Source: Malacoraja senta | Taxonomy: Eukaryota | DNA length: 64,000 nucleotides | NCBI GenBank assembly: GCA_038087875.1 | Contig: CM075992.1 | Location: 12,402,001 to 12,466,000, forward strand | Reading direction: 5' to 3' | Shown: piece after piece, positions 36,309 through 50,200 of the stretch | Position numbering within the stretch: position 1 is the first letter of the stretch | Layout: the number at the start of each line of letters is the position of its first letter | Position numbers and translations under genes: made by a program | The notes under the pieces: generated by a model | Databases searched by the model: none | What the model was told of the DNA's origin: nothing | Seen by the model: the letters and a program-made list of their open reading frames with translations, nothing else

Positions 36309-38139
36309 TAACTAACGATTCTCCAATCACTATCACTCTGCCTGACTGTGCCCTTCCCCACTGTGCCTCAGAGCCGGGTTTGTTGCCACAGACCTGACTG
36401 CTGCTGCCCTCCCCTGGCCACTCATCCCCCCCAACAGTATCCAAAGGGACAAACCTGTTGTCGAGGGGAATGGCCACAGGAGATTCCTGCACTTTCTCAC
36501 TACTCCCTTTCCTGGTGATCACCCGTCTACTTTCTGCCCCTACTCGAGGTGTGACCACCTCACTGTGACTCCTATCTGTGACATCCTCAGTGTCCTGGAT
36601 GAGGTCATCCAGCTACTGCTCCAGTTCCCTAACGCTATCTGCAGGGAGCTGCAGCTGGACACACGTCCCACAGCCATAGTCCTCAGCAACGCTGGATTCC
36701 CTGACTTCCCACATCCTGCAGGAGGAGCACTAACTGCCCTATCTGCCATCATTACTGCACTAGAACACCGAGAGCGTATATTAGAAAAATAACCACAAAC
36801 CAGACCTTATCCCGCTGTCACCCTGTACGCCGAAGCCTCATAAGCCAAAGCCTCGCACTTACCCTCCACATGGCATTTGTACGTAAACACGGCCGCTCCA
36901 TACAGGCCCCTCCACTTGTATCTACCTTCCCTTTATACACCCACTAAGGAGCAATCACTCAGGATGTAATCAGCTGGCCTATTTAAAAGTCCCTCTCTTC
37001 TACAGCTAGTCAGTGTTCCCTGGGGACTGAGATACAACGTGATATCTCCCATTGACCCCTCGGTCCCTCACTGTCCACAGTGAATTTAGTTTAGTTTATT
37101 GTCACATGTACCAAGGTGCAGTGAAAAGCATTGTGTTGTGTGCTATCCAGTTAGCGGAAAGCTTATACATGATTTCAATCAAGCCGTCCACAGTGTACAA
37201 ACACAGGATAAAGGGAATAATGTTTACTGCATCATAATGTCCAGCAAAGTCCAATTCTACATCGTACGAGGGTCTCCAATGAGATAGCTGGGAGGTCATT
37301 ACCACTCTCTAATTGGTGATAGGATGATTCAGTTGCCTGATAATAGCTGGGAAGAAACTGTCCCTGAATCTGGAGGTGTGCGTTTTCACGCTTCTATACA
37401 TCTTGCCTGAAGGGAGAGGGGAGAAAAGGTAGTGTCCGGGAGTGAGACTGGGTCCTTGATTATGCTGGTGACCTTGCCAAGTAGTATGAAGTGTAGATGG
37501 AATCAATGGAAGGGAGGTTGGTTTGCATGATGGTCTGGGTGCCTCCACAATTCTCTGCAATGTCTTGCAGACTTGGATGGAGCTGTTCCCAAACTAAGCT
37601 GTGATGGATCTGGATGAGATGCTTTCTGTGGTGCTTCTGTTGAAGTTGGCAAGACTTGGGGACTTGTCAAACTTCCTTACTTCTGAGGAAGTAGAGACAT
37701 TTGTGTGCTTTCCTGTCCATTGCATTGATATGGGTGGTCCAGGACAAGTTGCTGGTGATATTTACTCCTAGGAATTTGAACCTTTCAACCATCCCTACTT
37801 CAGTTCCCTCAATGTATGTGAACCACTTTGCTTCCTAAGTTTAATGGTTCTAAGTGCAGAATACGGCTCTTCGGCCAATCAGGTCTACTCCGCCACTCAA
37901 TCATGGTTGATCTAACTTTCCCTCTCAACCCCATTCTCCTGCATTCTCCCCACACGTTATGAGGTTCTCAATCTCCTTCCTGTACTCCGTCTCATTATTA
38001 ATTTATATCTGGCCCACAATGGTGGTGCCGTCTCCGAATTTGCAAATTGAGATGTATTTGTATTTGCCTGAACAGTCGTGTGTGTACAAGGAGTAAAGAA
38101 GGGAACCAGAGGTTGTCCATATGTAGACAGCTGCAGTCC

Positions 38140-38330
38140 ACAATCAGTGTTCCCTGCAGACTGAGATACACCGTGATATCTCCCACTGACCCCCAGTGTC
38201 CCTCACTGTCCACAGTCAGTGTTCCCTGCAGACTGAGATACACCGTGATATCTCCCACTGACCCCCAGTGTCCCTCACTGTCCACAGTCAGTGTCCCTGG
38301 GGACTGAGATACACCGTGATATCTCCCAGT
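38140..38330. repeat. 72-bp minisatellite (partial copies also at ~6000, 7130-7245, 35240, 45370, 46420, 57250)
   Basis: ACTGAGATACACCGTGATATCTCCCA at 38160, 38232 and 38304. Confidence 0.85.
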
Positions 38331-38810
38331 GACAATCGAGAATGGAAACACATTTACCCTGAAGTCTCACCATTTCCCATTTAAAGGATTCCCACATGTT
38401 GCGTGTTGTTTTATCCATGTAACTGCTTCCAATCTACTTTGGCTGGGTCCTGCCTTACGTTATGGAAAGGGGCCTTCCTTTAGCTTACAATGTGGATATC
38501 CAAGCAACCTCGAGATGGGACTGATGAGATCGATCCCCTGGACACTGGCATGAAGCTGATGGGCCAAGTGGTCGTCCTTGTGGCAATCAGTTCATGGTGG
38601 GAGATCGATGAAGCTGGGTTTAGAGACGTGGGATTGGTTCCAGCGTTTATCCGGGAGATGGTGTCATTGGTCAGGGAGTGAACGGGAGATTATTGGTGCT
38701 CGGGGTTGGTGAGGGTGGAGATGCAGATGAGGGAGGTGGGGAACATGAGGCTGGGGACATGAGCTGAACTTGACATTAACACCGAACATCATTCTGTCCC
38801 TCAGTCACAG

Positions 38811-38952
38811 ACTCCGCACTCGGTGACCCGTGTGTGACCCCCACCGTCCTGGATCAGCCCTGGAGGAGCACGGATTGTTCCCACACTGTGTGCAGCGGTG
38901 GGACAACGATGGGTGATGGAAATCTTGCAGTGGGATGGTACAGATTTAACAG
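38811..38952 (+). CDS. D8C module 3 exon A
   Basis: 142 nt open: DSALGDPCVTPTVLDQPWRSTDCSHTVCSGGTTMGDGNLAVGWYRFN. Confidence 0.9.
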
Positions 38953-39274
38953 GTAACGTGAGGCGATCATTGCTGAGAAATTGGACACTGATGGAGAATG
39001 TAAACGGGAGAATGCGGGGCGTGTGAAGGGGAGATGTAGGGAGATGGGAATCATCAGTTGCTGCAATGGGACGGGGCATCAATACTGAGAATGGGGAGAT
39101 CCCACATTGTGGAGAGAGAGACCGGGGAAGACGGAAGCGGAGGGAAAACAACATTGGATTCCGGGGAATGTTGAACGGGGACGGGGTGCGGTCAGAATGG
39201 CCCTGATTCCGGGTCTTTCTCTGGGTGAACAAACTCCCTCAGTTCAGGGGCTGACTCTCTGATTGTTGTTTCAG

Positions 39275-39351
39275 TTTCGGTAGATGGAAGATTCCGGAGA
39301 CTTTCGTTCCAGGGTATCACTGCTCCGGGAAGAGACCAGGCTGGTTAGCCG
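39275..39351 (+). CDS. D8C module 3 exon B
   Basis: 77 nt: FGRWKIPETFVPGYHCSGKRPGWLA. Confidence 0.88.
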
Positions 39352-39587
39352 GTAGGGTCAGAGTTTACAACACATGGTCTCAGTTATTGTTGGGGAGGGT
39401 CAGACTGACGACCCAGATCTCTCCAGAGGGCCCCTCGCACGGACATGGAACCCAAACTCCCTGAGACGTTCCCCCACAGTCACTCAGACCGCGCTCCGGC
39501 CCTGGATCCTCACGGAGTGCGGTGGGGAAGCTCCAGCTTCCTGGAGTTTCCCGGCAGTGGGGCTACGGATCCCATCCGCCCGCTGTC

Positions 39588-42500
39588 TTTTTTTAAATTT
39601 CAAAATAGACTTTATTCAGGTAATAAATTTAAACAATACATAAACCGTGGAAAAAAATCATCCGACATTCTCGGAGGATATACATACAGACAACACAGTT
39701 TCCCCAAATCACAATTTTACCCCACACCATTGCCACTGGCGTGGAATCCCTTCCATTATTTTGAGGGGCATCACCACCACACCCTGCGCCCCATGTCCAG
39801 CAGCAGAAGGACCTTAGACTGTGGCCCTCCCCCACCGATCCTTGGCGCTGGCTGCACCGAGCTTCAGTGCGTCCCTCAGCACGTAGTCCTGCAGTCTGCA
39901 GCGGGCCAGTCGGCAACATTTCCTGACGGACATCTCGCTCCACTGGGTAGTCAACAATGCTCGGGCAGACCAAAGAGCGTCTTTCGCCGAGTTAATGACC
40001 TTCCAGCATCATTCGATGTCAGTCTCTGAATGTGTCCCTGGGAACAGTCCGTAAATCACAGTATCCTCTGTGATGGAGCTGTTCGGAATAAACCTTGACA
40101 GGGACCCTTGCAGACCTCGACAGACTCTATTTGCGAATCCACACTCCGCGAAGAGGTGGGGAACCATCTCCTCTCCATAGCAGCCGTCCCGAGGGCAGCG
40201 TGCGCTGGTAGTGAGGTTCTGACGGTGCAGGAAGGATCTGACTGGGAGGGCTCCCCTCACCGCCTGCCAAGCCAGGTCTTGGTGCTTGTTGGTGAGTTCT
40301 GGCGATGAGGCATTTTGCCAGACAAGCTGGGCAGTCTGCTCTGGGAACCATGCCACAGGATCCATGGAGTCATTTCCCTGCAGTGTCTGCAGTTCGTTCC
40401 ATGCTGACCACTGCCCAATGGACATGTGGTCAAAGGTGTTGGTCCGGAAGAACCTTTCTACGAACGACAGATGGGTGGCAATGTTCAGCTGACTGGCATA
40501 TTGCGTGGCATCTGCGCCAGGCCCATCCTTCGCAACACCAGGGACAGGTAGAACCTCAGCAGTTAGTGACACTTGGTGCCCACGTGCCTTGGCCATCAGG
40601 GTGAGGGCAACATTGGGCACACTTTTACCCACTTTGTCATCTGCCTTGTGCATTGTGGCCCATCGCACCCGGTGTATCCTTGACCCCCAGATGAACAGGA
40701 AGACAGCCCGGGTGATCCCCGTGGCGTAGGAGGGAGGGACAGGCCACACTTGCGCCAACTACAGCAGACCCGACAGCACCTCACATCTGATGACTAAATT
40801 TTCCACCGTAATGGAGAGGGAGCGTTGCTTCCACATCTCCAGTTTCTTCCCCACTATCCGCTTGGCTATCGGCTCCAGCCAATTCATGTCACACGCCTCC
40901 CCCCACCCCCCACCCCCCCAAACCAGATCCCCAGCACCTTCAAGAAGTCAGGCTTGATGGTGAAGGGGACGGAAGATTGGTCGGGCCCGTTGCCAAAGAG
41001 CATGGCCTCGCTTTTCCTGTGGTTCCCCCTGGCGCCCGTGACCGACTCAAACTGGTCGCAGACGCCGATCAATCTGCGGACCGACCCTGGATCCGAGCAG
41101 AAGGTGGCGACATCATCCATGTACAGGGAGGTTTTGACCTGAGTGCCCCCACTGCCTGGCAATGTCACTCCTCTTATGCTCACGTCCTTCCTGATGGACT
41201 CAGCAATAGGTTCAATGCAACAGATGAGCAAGACAGGGGAGAGAGGGCAACCCTGCCTGACTCCAGACCTGACGACAAAGCTGTCTGATTCCCACCCATT
41301 GATTTGGACCACACTACAGATATCGGTGGAGAGCAGTTGGATCCAATTTCTGATTCCCTCCCCAAAGCCAATTTTGGAGAGCACGTCCCTCATGTACATG
41401 TGCGATATCCTGTCGTTGGCCTACTCCTGGTCCAAGCTGACTAGGCAGGCATCCCCCCATCTGTCCTGCACATAGGCAATGGTATCACTCAGCAGCGCCA
41501 GATTTTCCTGCCAGGTACAGCACAGGTACGCACAGGTTGGTCCGGGTGGATCACCTGTCCCAGAGCAGACTTGACCCGGTTGGCGATGGCCTTAGACAGG
41601 ATCTTATAATCAACATTCAACAATGTGATGGGTCTCCAATTCCTTATATCCTTCATCTCCCCCTTCTGCTTGTAGATTAGGGTGATGCTGCCCTTCCTCA
41701 TGGAGTCTGACATGCTGCCGGCTAGAAGCATGTCGTTGTACACTTCCAGCAGGTCCGGGACAACCAGTCCCACAGAGCCGTATACAACTTGGCCGGTAAG
41801 CCATCGCTTCCGGGAGTTTTGCTCGAGTTAAAGGAATGGATGGAGCCAGTCAGCTCCTCTAGGGTCAGTGGTTGGTCCAGACTCTCCCACTTGCTGTGCT
41901 CCAAGACCTCCGTGATAGAGGACAGGAAGTTCTGGGAGGAGATGTTGTCTGTGGCCTTTCTGTCGCACAAATCCGTATAAAAGGATTTGCAGATCCTCAG
42001 CAAAGGTTGAAAGATTCTTTATTAGTCACAAACACCATATGTGTAGTGAAATGCGTATCGCCAATGCAGCACATAAAAAAAGAATACAGACATAACAACA
42101 ATAAAGAAATGTAAACATAAAAAACATCCCCCCACAAAGGTTCCCATTATGAGGGAAGGCACAATGTCCAGTCCCCATCCCATGTCCACCCATAGTCGGG
42201 CCTATTTTGGCCTCTGCAGTCGCCTTTACGGAGGCCCGATGTTCCAGGCCCTTCAGGATGATGGTATTCCGGTGTCGGGTGAATCCTCACAGTGGCATGG
42301 GAAAACCTGAACGGCCGCTACCTTACCGGAGACCGCGGCTTCCGAAGCCGACAGGCCGCGCTGGATGGAGCTCCATGACTGGCGTTCAGCGCCACCGCCC
42401 GCAGCTGGCCGCTCCACAGACCACAGCTCCGCAATGTTTTTATCGGCGGTCTCAGCTCACCAGAGTTTCAGCGCGGTGACCCGGGCAAGGCATCACCCGC

Positions 42501-43270
42501 TCCGCAAAGCCGAGTATCTGGCCGGTCCCGACAGGACACGCTGCTCCAGGCCCGCTGGTAGGCCGCGAGGACGGGTTGAAATTGCTGCTCGGAGAAAGGC
42601 CGCCTCTCCGACCAGGTAGGGACCCTGAAAAGCAGTTCCCCCCTTCCCCCCCCCCCCACATAAAAAAGACCAAAGCTCCAGAAACAAAACACTATAACTG
42701 ACTAAAAATAAATAAAGAGGTGAAAAAAAACGGACGGCTGTAGGCTGGGCAGCCATACCATGCAGGACGGCGCCCCCTATCTGTCTGCAAGGATGTTACC
42801 AAGCCGTCCTCCTCCCTAAGGCTGTTCATCACAGAGCTCCCCCTGTGAACCTTATGGAAGAAGAAGCATGAGCACGTCTCATCTTGCTCCACGTGGCGGA
42901 ACCTGGATTGGAGGATGATCTTGGACAATTCAGAGGTAAAGAGCCGAGCTTGACGGCCCTTCAACCCTTCAAGTTGCTCTCTCACATCCACCCCTCTCGA
43001 CTGCAGAAGGAGCAGTTGCTGCAAATCTGTCTGGAGTTGACACAATTCCCTCTGACTCTGTCTTGCTCTCTTTAAATATGAAGAACCTCTTGATGTTCTC
43101 CTTGGTTGCTTTCCACAAGAGTGTCGGGGAGTCAAACAGGGGCTTCACCGTTCTCCAACATGCGTAGTCCCTCTTTAGCTGCTCAATGTTCTCTGGGGTC
43201 AACAGCTTCACATTTCACTTCCACGTCCCTCTGCCTGCCTTCCGATCCTCCTAAAGGTGACAGGAAGCCT
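39588..43270 (-). mobile_element. Tx1/L1 LINE copy 3 (no CR1 insert; unclassified ~780-bp insert at ~42001-42780; 5' end deleted)
   Basis: Paralogous to copies 1 and 2; continuous CAAGCTGACTAGGCAGG across the CR1 site. Confidence 0.85.
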
Positions 43271-43387
43271 GAATACACACAACATTTAGCACAAATGTAC
43301 TTATAATGTGTGAATGAAGTGTTTGTGATGTGTCGTGGTTAAAATTATTGCAATCTAGTGACATTTCCGATGAGGCTAAACTATAGC

Positions 43388-44056
43388 ACTGACCCTAGAG
43401 GAGCTGACTGGCTCCATCCATTGTTTGACTCGAGTAAAACTCCAGGAAGCAATGGCTTACCGGCCAAGTTGTATTCGGCTCTGTGGGACTGGGTGGGCCC
43501 AGACCTGCTGGAAGTGTACAACGACATGTTTCTAGCCGGCAGCATGTCAGACGATGAGGAAGGGCAGCATCACCCTAATCTACAAGCAGAAGCAGGAGAT
43601 GAAGGATATAAGGAATTGGAGACCCTTCACATTGTTGAATGTTGATTATAAGATCCTGTCTAAGGCCATCGTCAACCGGGTCAAGTCTGCTCTGGGACCA
43701 AACCTGTGCTGTACCTGGCAGCAAAATCTCAGACAACCTGGCACTGCTGAGAGATACCATTGCCTACGTGCAGGACAGGTGGGTTGATGCCTGCCTAGTC
43801 AGCTTGGACCAGGAGAAGGCCTTCAACAGGATATTGCACACGTACATGAGGGACGTGCTCTCCAAAATGGGCTTTGGGGAGGGAATCAGAAATTGGATCC
43901 AACTGCTCTCCACCGATATCTGTAGTGTGGTCCAAATCAACGGGAGGGAATCAGACAGCTTCATCATCAGGTCTGGAGTCAGGCAGGGTTGCCCTCTCTC
44001 CCCTGTCTTGTTCATCTGTTGTAATGAACCTATTGCCAAGTCCATCAGGAAGGACC
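43388..44056 (+). mobile_element. Oppositely oriented Tx1 RT fragment
   Basis: WRPFTLLNVDYKIL, SLDQEKAFNR and SGVRQGCPLSP on the plus strand. Confidence 0.8.
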
Positions 44057-44368
44057 CAACTGCGCTACTCTAACCATGTCCCTCTAAACATCTCATCACC
44101 AGCACCCATCCGGGGGGGGGGGGGGGCTTGTGTTTCCAGTCCAGACCCCGGCACCCTAGGGTGTCAGCACCAGGAGCCGGTCTCAGGGATCAGGGGCTGC
44201 TGTGGGGAGTGTGGGTGGGGAGGGTGAGGGCAGCAGCTCACCGCTGACTGAGGCAGGTCAGACCCAACCGTGGCTTGTGATCACTGCCTTACACTGGCTC
44301 CACATTCACATTCCCCACCGCACTGTGGCACCGGGTACATTTTACAATGTTTATAATCCTCATTCCAG

Positions 44369-44533
44369 GTCCCCATCCCAGCGTGAGGGACGGGGAGGTG
44401 ACCAGGACAGTCTGTTTCACCAAGGATGCAAAGCTCTGTGAGAATCATCAGGAGATCAGGGTGAAGAACTGCACCGTTTACTTTGTGTATCAGCTGTGGC
44501 CGTTACCCTACAGCGACGCTGTGTATTGTACAG
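44369..44533 (+). CDS. D8C module 3 exon C
   Basis: 165 nt: GPHPSVRDGEVTRTVCFTKDAKLCENHQEIRVKNCTVYFVYQLWPLPYSDAVYCT. Confidence 0.9.
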
Positions 44534-47016
44534 GTAGGTCCCCGTTCCCCAGTCACACGGGCTGTTGGTGTTGTGGAGATATTCTGTGATGCCCCGATTC
44601 ACCAACACACACAGTGGGCAGTGTTCAGGTTAACTGCCCCCCCTCCCCCCCCCGCCCCTAAACCTGTCCCCTCCCACCCTGGTCCCAGCTTCGTCCCCTC
44701 CAATCTTTACCTCAGCCCGGCTCCTCCACCCCCTCCCCCCACCCACCTCTCTCCTGGCTCAGACCCCTGCACTTCCACCCTCACCCTGGCTTAGTCCCCA
44801 CTCCCTGACCGCACAACCCCCTCCACGCCCCCCCCTCACTCTGCAAGACCCTCACTCATGGATCTATCTCCCCTCCCCCCCTCGCTCCAGCATCGGAACT
44901 TCCCTTCTCTCTCCCATGCTCCGTTGGGACTTTCCCATCAACTTGCCGGGTTCACAGTGATTCTCCTGTGTGATGGGGAAGTGCGAGTGAAGGGAGTCGG
45001 TGTCACTGTTAGGACTGAGCAGAGACAATATGGGCTGTGGAAGGAATTTCACGTTTCACAGTCCCTGGAGCACATTGAGGACACGTCCAGTAGAACAGAT
45101 GAGGGAACCAGTGGCTGGGCTGTGGGGGGTTTTCAGAAAACATTTAGTACGTTCCTGCACAAGAGGCTGGTCAACAAGGTCAGAGCACATGGAATTGTTC
45201 ACACACTGACATGGATTGAGAATTGGCTTTTGGACAGAGAGCAACAGGTGAGAATAAGCAGATCATTCTCAGGTTGGCAGCAGTGACGTGTGGGTACAAG
45301 AGGGCTCAGTGCTTGGGCCCCGGTGAGTCACAGTCTGTATCAATAACTTGGCTGGGACGATCATCTGTGGACTGAGATACTCCGTGATATCTCCCATTGA
45401 CCAGCAGTATCCCTCACTGTCCACAGTCAGTTCCCTGGGAACTGAGATAAACTGTGATATCTCCCACCGACCACATGGTGTCCCTTTAGTCTTGCAGCTG
45501 TCTACAATCTCCCAGTACATTTGTTCTTCTAATTCCCGCTCTCTATTTGAGGGCCTATCATACACTGCCAACAAGGTGATCATCCCCTTTTTAGTTCTCA
45601 GCTCCACTGGATGAACTGTCAGTAATGTCATCTCCAACGATTGCGGGGACCTTCTCCTTAATCAGTAAAACAACTGCCCCGCCTCTTTTACCCCCACCTT
45701 ATCTTCCCTGCCCCCAGCACCAACTCCTCAGCCACACATTCATCTGGCCTATCTTCCTGTTCCTACCCTCACTAGCATGTGGCACCGGCGGCAATCTAGA
45801 CATTACTACCCTGGAGGTCCTGCATTAACCTTTTGCCTAATTCCCTATCCAGTCCACAGGACCTCATCCCTTTTCCTGCCTCTGTCCTACACAACGACTT
45901 CTGACTGCTCCCCCTCCCCCTTGAGAATGTTCTGCAGCGGCTGGGAGACATCCTGGACCCTGGCACCAGGGAGGCAGCACACCATCCTGGAGTCTCATCT
46001 GCTGCCCCAGAATCTCCTGTCTGTTTCCCTAACTAACGATTCTCCAATCATTTGGGGACATGCCAAACTTCCTTACTTCTAAGGGAGTAGAGACGTTTGT
46101 GTGCATTGATATGGGTGGTCCGCGACAAATTACTGGTTATATTTACTCCTAGGAATTAAAACCTTTCAACCATCTGCTCTACTCCGCCACTCAATCATTG
46201 TTGATCTAACTTTCCCCCTCAACCGCATTCTCCCCATAGGTTATGAGGTTCTTAATCTCCTTCCTGTACTCCATCTCGTTATTGATATCTGACCCACAAT
46301 GGTGGTGCCGTCTCCGAATTTGCAAATTGAGATGGATTTGTATTTGCCTCAACAGTTGTGGGTGTACAAGGGGTAAAGAAGGGAACCAGATCGTCCATAT
46401 TTAGACAGCTGCAGTCCACAATCAGTGTTCCCTGCAGACTGAGATACACCGTGATATCTCCCACTGACACCCAGTGTCCCTCACTGTCCACAGTCAGTTT
46501 CCCTGGGGACTGAGATACACCGTAATATCTTCCAGTGACAATCGAGAATGGGAACACATTTACCCTGAAGTCTCACCATTTCCCGTTTAAAGGATTCCCA
46601 CATGTTGCGTGTTGTTTTATCCATGTAACTGCTTCCAATCTACTTTGGCCGGGTCATGCCTTACGTTATGGAAAGGGGCCTTCCTTTAGCTTACAATGTG
46701 GATATCCAATCAACCTCGAGATGGGACTGATGAGATCGATCCCCTGGACACTGGCATGAAGCTGATGGGCCGAGTGATCGTCCTTGTGGCAATAAGTTCA
46801 TGGTGGGAGAGCGATGAAGCTGGGTTTAGAGACGTGGGATTGGTGTCAGCGTTTATCCGGGAGATGGTGTGATTGGTCAGGGAGTGAACGGGAGATTATT
46901 GGTGCTCGGGGTTGGTGAGGGTGGAGATGCAGATGAGGGAGGTGGGGAACATGAGGCTGGGGACATGAGCTGAACTTGACATTAACACCGAACATCATTC
47001 TGTCCCTCAGTCACAG

Positions 47017-47158
47017 ACTCCGCACTCGGTGACCCGTGTGTGACCCCCACCGTCCTGGATCAGCCCTGGAGGAGCACGGATTGTTCCCACACTGAGTGCA
47101 GCGATGGGACAACGATGGGTGATGGAAATCTTGCAGTGGGATGGTACAGATTTAACAG
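47017..47158 (+). CDS. D8C module 4 exon A
   Basis: 142 nt open: DSALGDPCVTPTVLDQPWRSTDCSHTECSDGTTMGDGNLAVGWYRFN. Confidence 0.9.
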
Positions 47159-47276
47159 GTAACGTGAGGCGATCATTGCTGATAAATTGGACACAGGGAG
47201 AATGTGAACGGGATAATGAGGGGCGTGTGAAGGGGAGATGTAGGGAGATGGGGATCATCAGTTGCTGCAATGGGAC

Positions 47277-50200
47277 AATAGACAATAGACAATAGGTGCA
47301 GGAGTAGGCCATTTGGCCCTACGAGCCAGCACCGCTCGAATGGCTGATCATCCACAATCAATACCCCGTTCCTGCCTTTTCCCTATATCCCTTGACTCCT
47401 CTATCTAAGAGCTCTGTCTAGTTCTCTCTTGAAAGGATCCAGAGAACCAGCCTCCACCGCCCCTGGGCAGAGAATTCCACCGACTCACACCTCTCTGTGT
47501 GAAAATGTTTTTCCTCATCTCCGTTCTGAATGGCTTACCCCTTATTCTTAAACTGCGGCCCCTGGTTCTGGACTGCTTCAACATCGGGAACATGTTCCCT
47601 GCTCCAGCGTATCCAGACCCTTAATAATCTTATATGTTTCAATAAGATACCCTCTCATCCTTTTAAATTCCAGAGTATAAAAGCCCAGCCGCTCCATTCC
47701 ATCACCATATGAAAGTCCCGCAATCCCGGGAATTAACCTGGTGAACCTACGCTGCACTCCCTCAATAGCAAGAATGTCCTTCCTCAAATTAGGAGACCAA
47801 AACTGCACACAATATTCCAGGTGTGGTCTTACTAGAGCCCTGTACAACGACAGAAGAACCTCTTTGCTCCTACACTCAATTCCTCTTGTTATGAAGACCA
47901 ACATGCCATTTGCTTTCTTCACTGCCTGCTGTACCTGCATGCTTACTTTCATTGACTGATGAACAAGGACCCCCAGATCCTGTTGTACTTCCCTTTTCCC
48001 GACTTGACTCCATTTAAATAATAATCTGCCTTCCTGTTTTTGCCACCAAAGTGGATAACCTCACACTTATTCACATGAAACTGCTCTGCCATGCATCTGC
48101 CCACTTACCCAACCTGTCCAAGTCACTCTGCATCCTCATAGCATCCTCCTCACAGTTCACACTGCCACCAAGCTTTGTGACATATGCAAATTTGCTAATG
48201 TTACTTTTAATCCCTTCGTCCAAATCATTGATATATATTGTAAATAGCTGCGGTCCCAGCACCGAGCCTTGCGGCACCCCACTAGTCACTGCCTGCCATT
48301 CTGAAAGGGACCCGTTAATCCCTACACTTTGTTTCCTGTCTGCCAACCAATTTTCTATCCATGTCAGCACCCAATACAAATAACCAATCCCCAATACCAA
48401 TTTTGCCCACTAACCTCCTATGTGGCACCTTATCAAATGCTTTCTGAAAGTCCAGGTAAACTACATCCACTGGCTCTCAATTGTCCATTTTCCTGGTTAC
48501 ATCCCCAAAATATTCCAGAAGATTAGTTAAGCATGATTTCCACTTCGTAAATCCATGCTGAATCGGACTGATCCTGCTACTGGTATCCAAATGTGCTGCT
48601 ATTTCATCTTTTATAATTGACTCCAGCATCTTCCCCACCACCGATGTCAGACTAACTGGTCTATAATTCCCTGTTTTCTCTCTCCCGCCTTTCTTAAAGA
48701 GAGGGATAATATTAGCTACCCACCAATCCACAGGAACTGATCCTGAATCTATAGAACATTGGAAAATTATCACCAATGCATCCACGATTTCTAAAGCCAC
48801 TTCCTTAAGTACCCTGGGATGCAGACTATCAGGCCCCTGGGGATTTATCAGCCTTCAGTCCCATCAGTCTATCCAACACCATTTCCTGCCTAATGTGGAT
48901 TTCCTTCAGTTCCTCCTGCACCCAGATCCTCTGGCCACCAATACATCAGGAAGATTGTTTGCGTCCTCCTTAGTGAAGACGGAATCAAAGTACCTGTTCA
49001 ACTCATCTGCCATTTTCTTGTTCCTCATAATAAAGTCACCTTTTTCAGTCTTCAAGGGTCCAGCTTTGAACTTAACTAATTGTTTCCTCGTCACATATCT
49101 ATAGAAGCTTTTACTATCCTTTATATTCTTGGCGAGCTTACCTTCTTATCTCATTATCTCCCCGTATGGCCTTTTAATTATCTTCTGTTGCTCTTTAAAC
49201 GTTGCCCTATCCTCTGGCTTCCTGCTCATTTTTGCTAGGTTATACTTCTTCTCCATTCTTTTTATACTGTCCTTGACTTCCCTGGTCAGCCACGGTCGTC
49301 CCTTACTCCCCTTGGAATCTTTCTTCCTCTTTGAAATGAACTGATCCTGCACCTTCTATATTATTCCCTGAATATACCTGCCATTGTTGCTCCACTGTCA
49401 TCCCTGCAAGGGTATCTTTCTAGTCAACTTTGGCCAGCTCCTCCCTCATGGCTCCATAGTCCCCTTTGTTCAACTGTAATACTGACACCTCCGATTTACC
49501 CTTCTCCCTCTCAAATTGTAGATTAAAACTTATCATATTATGGTCACTACCTCCTAGTGGCTCCTTTACATCAAGTTCCTTTATCAAATCCGGTTCATTA
49601 TACAACACTAAATCCAGAATTGCCTTCTCCCTGGTTGGCTCCAGTACAAGCTACTCTAAGAATCCATCAGAGAGGCACTCCACAGACTCCCTTTCTTGGG
49701 GTCCAGTACCAACCTGATTTTCCCAGTCTACCTGCATGTTGAAATCCCTGTAGCATTACCTTCACGACATGCCAATTTTAACTCATGATTCAACTTGCAC
49801 CCTATATCCAGGCTACCGTTTGGGGGCCTGTAGGTAACTCCCGTTAAGGTCTTTTTACCCTTATGATTCCTCAGTTCTATCCATACTGAATTGACATCTC
49901 CTGATTCTATGTCACCCCTCGAAAGGGACTGAATTTCATTCCTCAACAACAAAGCCACCCCACCCCCTCTGCCCAACTGTCTGTCTTTAAGATAGGACGT
50001 ATACCCTTGAATATTCAGTTCCCAGCGCTGGCCCTCTTGCAGCCATGTCTCTGTAAATCCCACAACATCATACTTGCCAATTTCTAACTGAGCCTTAAGC
50101 TTGTCCACTTAATTTCTTATAAGTTGCACATTCATATACAACACTTTAACTTTGGTATTCACCTCCCCTCTCACCGCTCACAAGTGGCCCTGACCTTACT

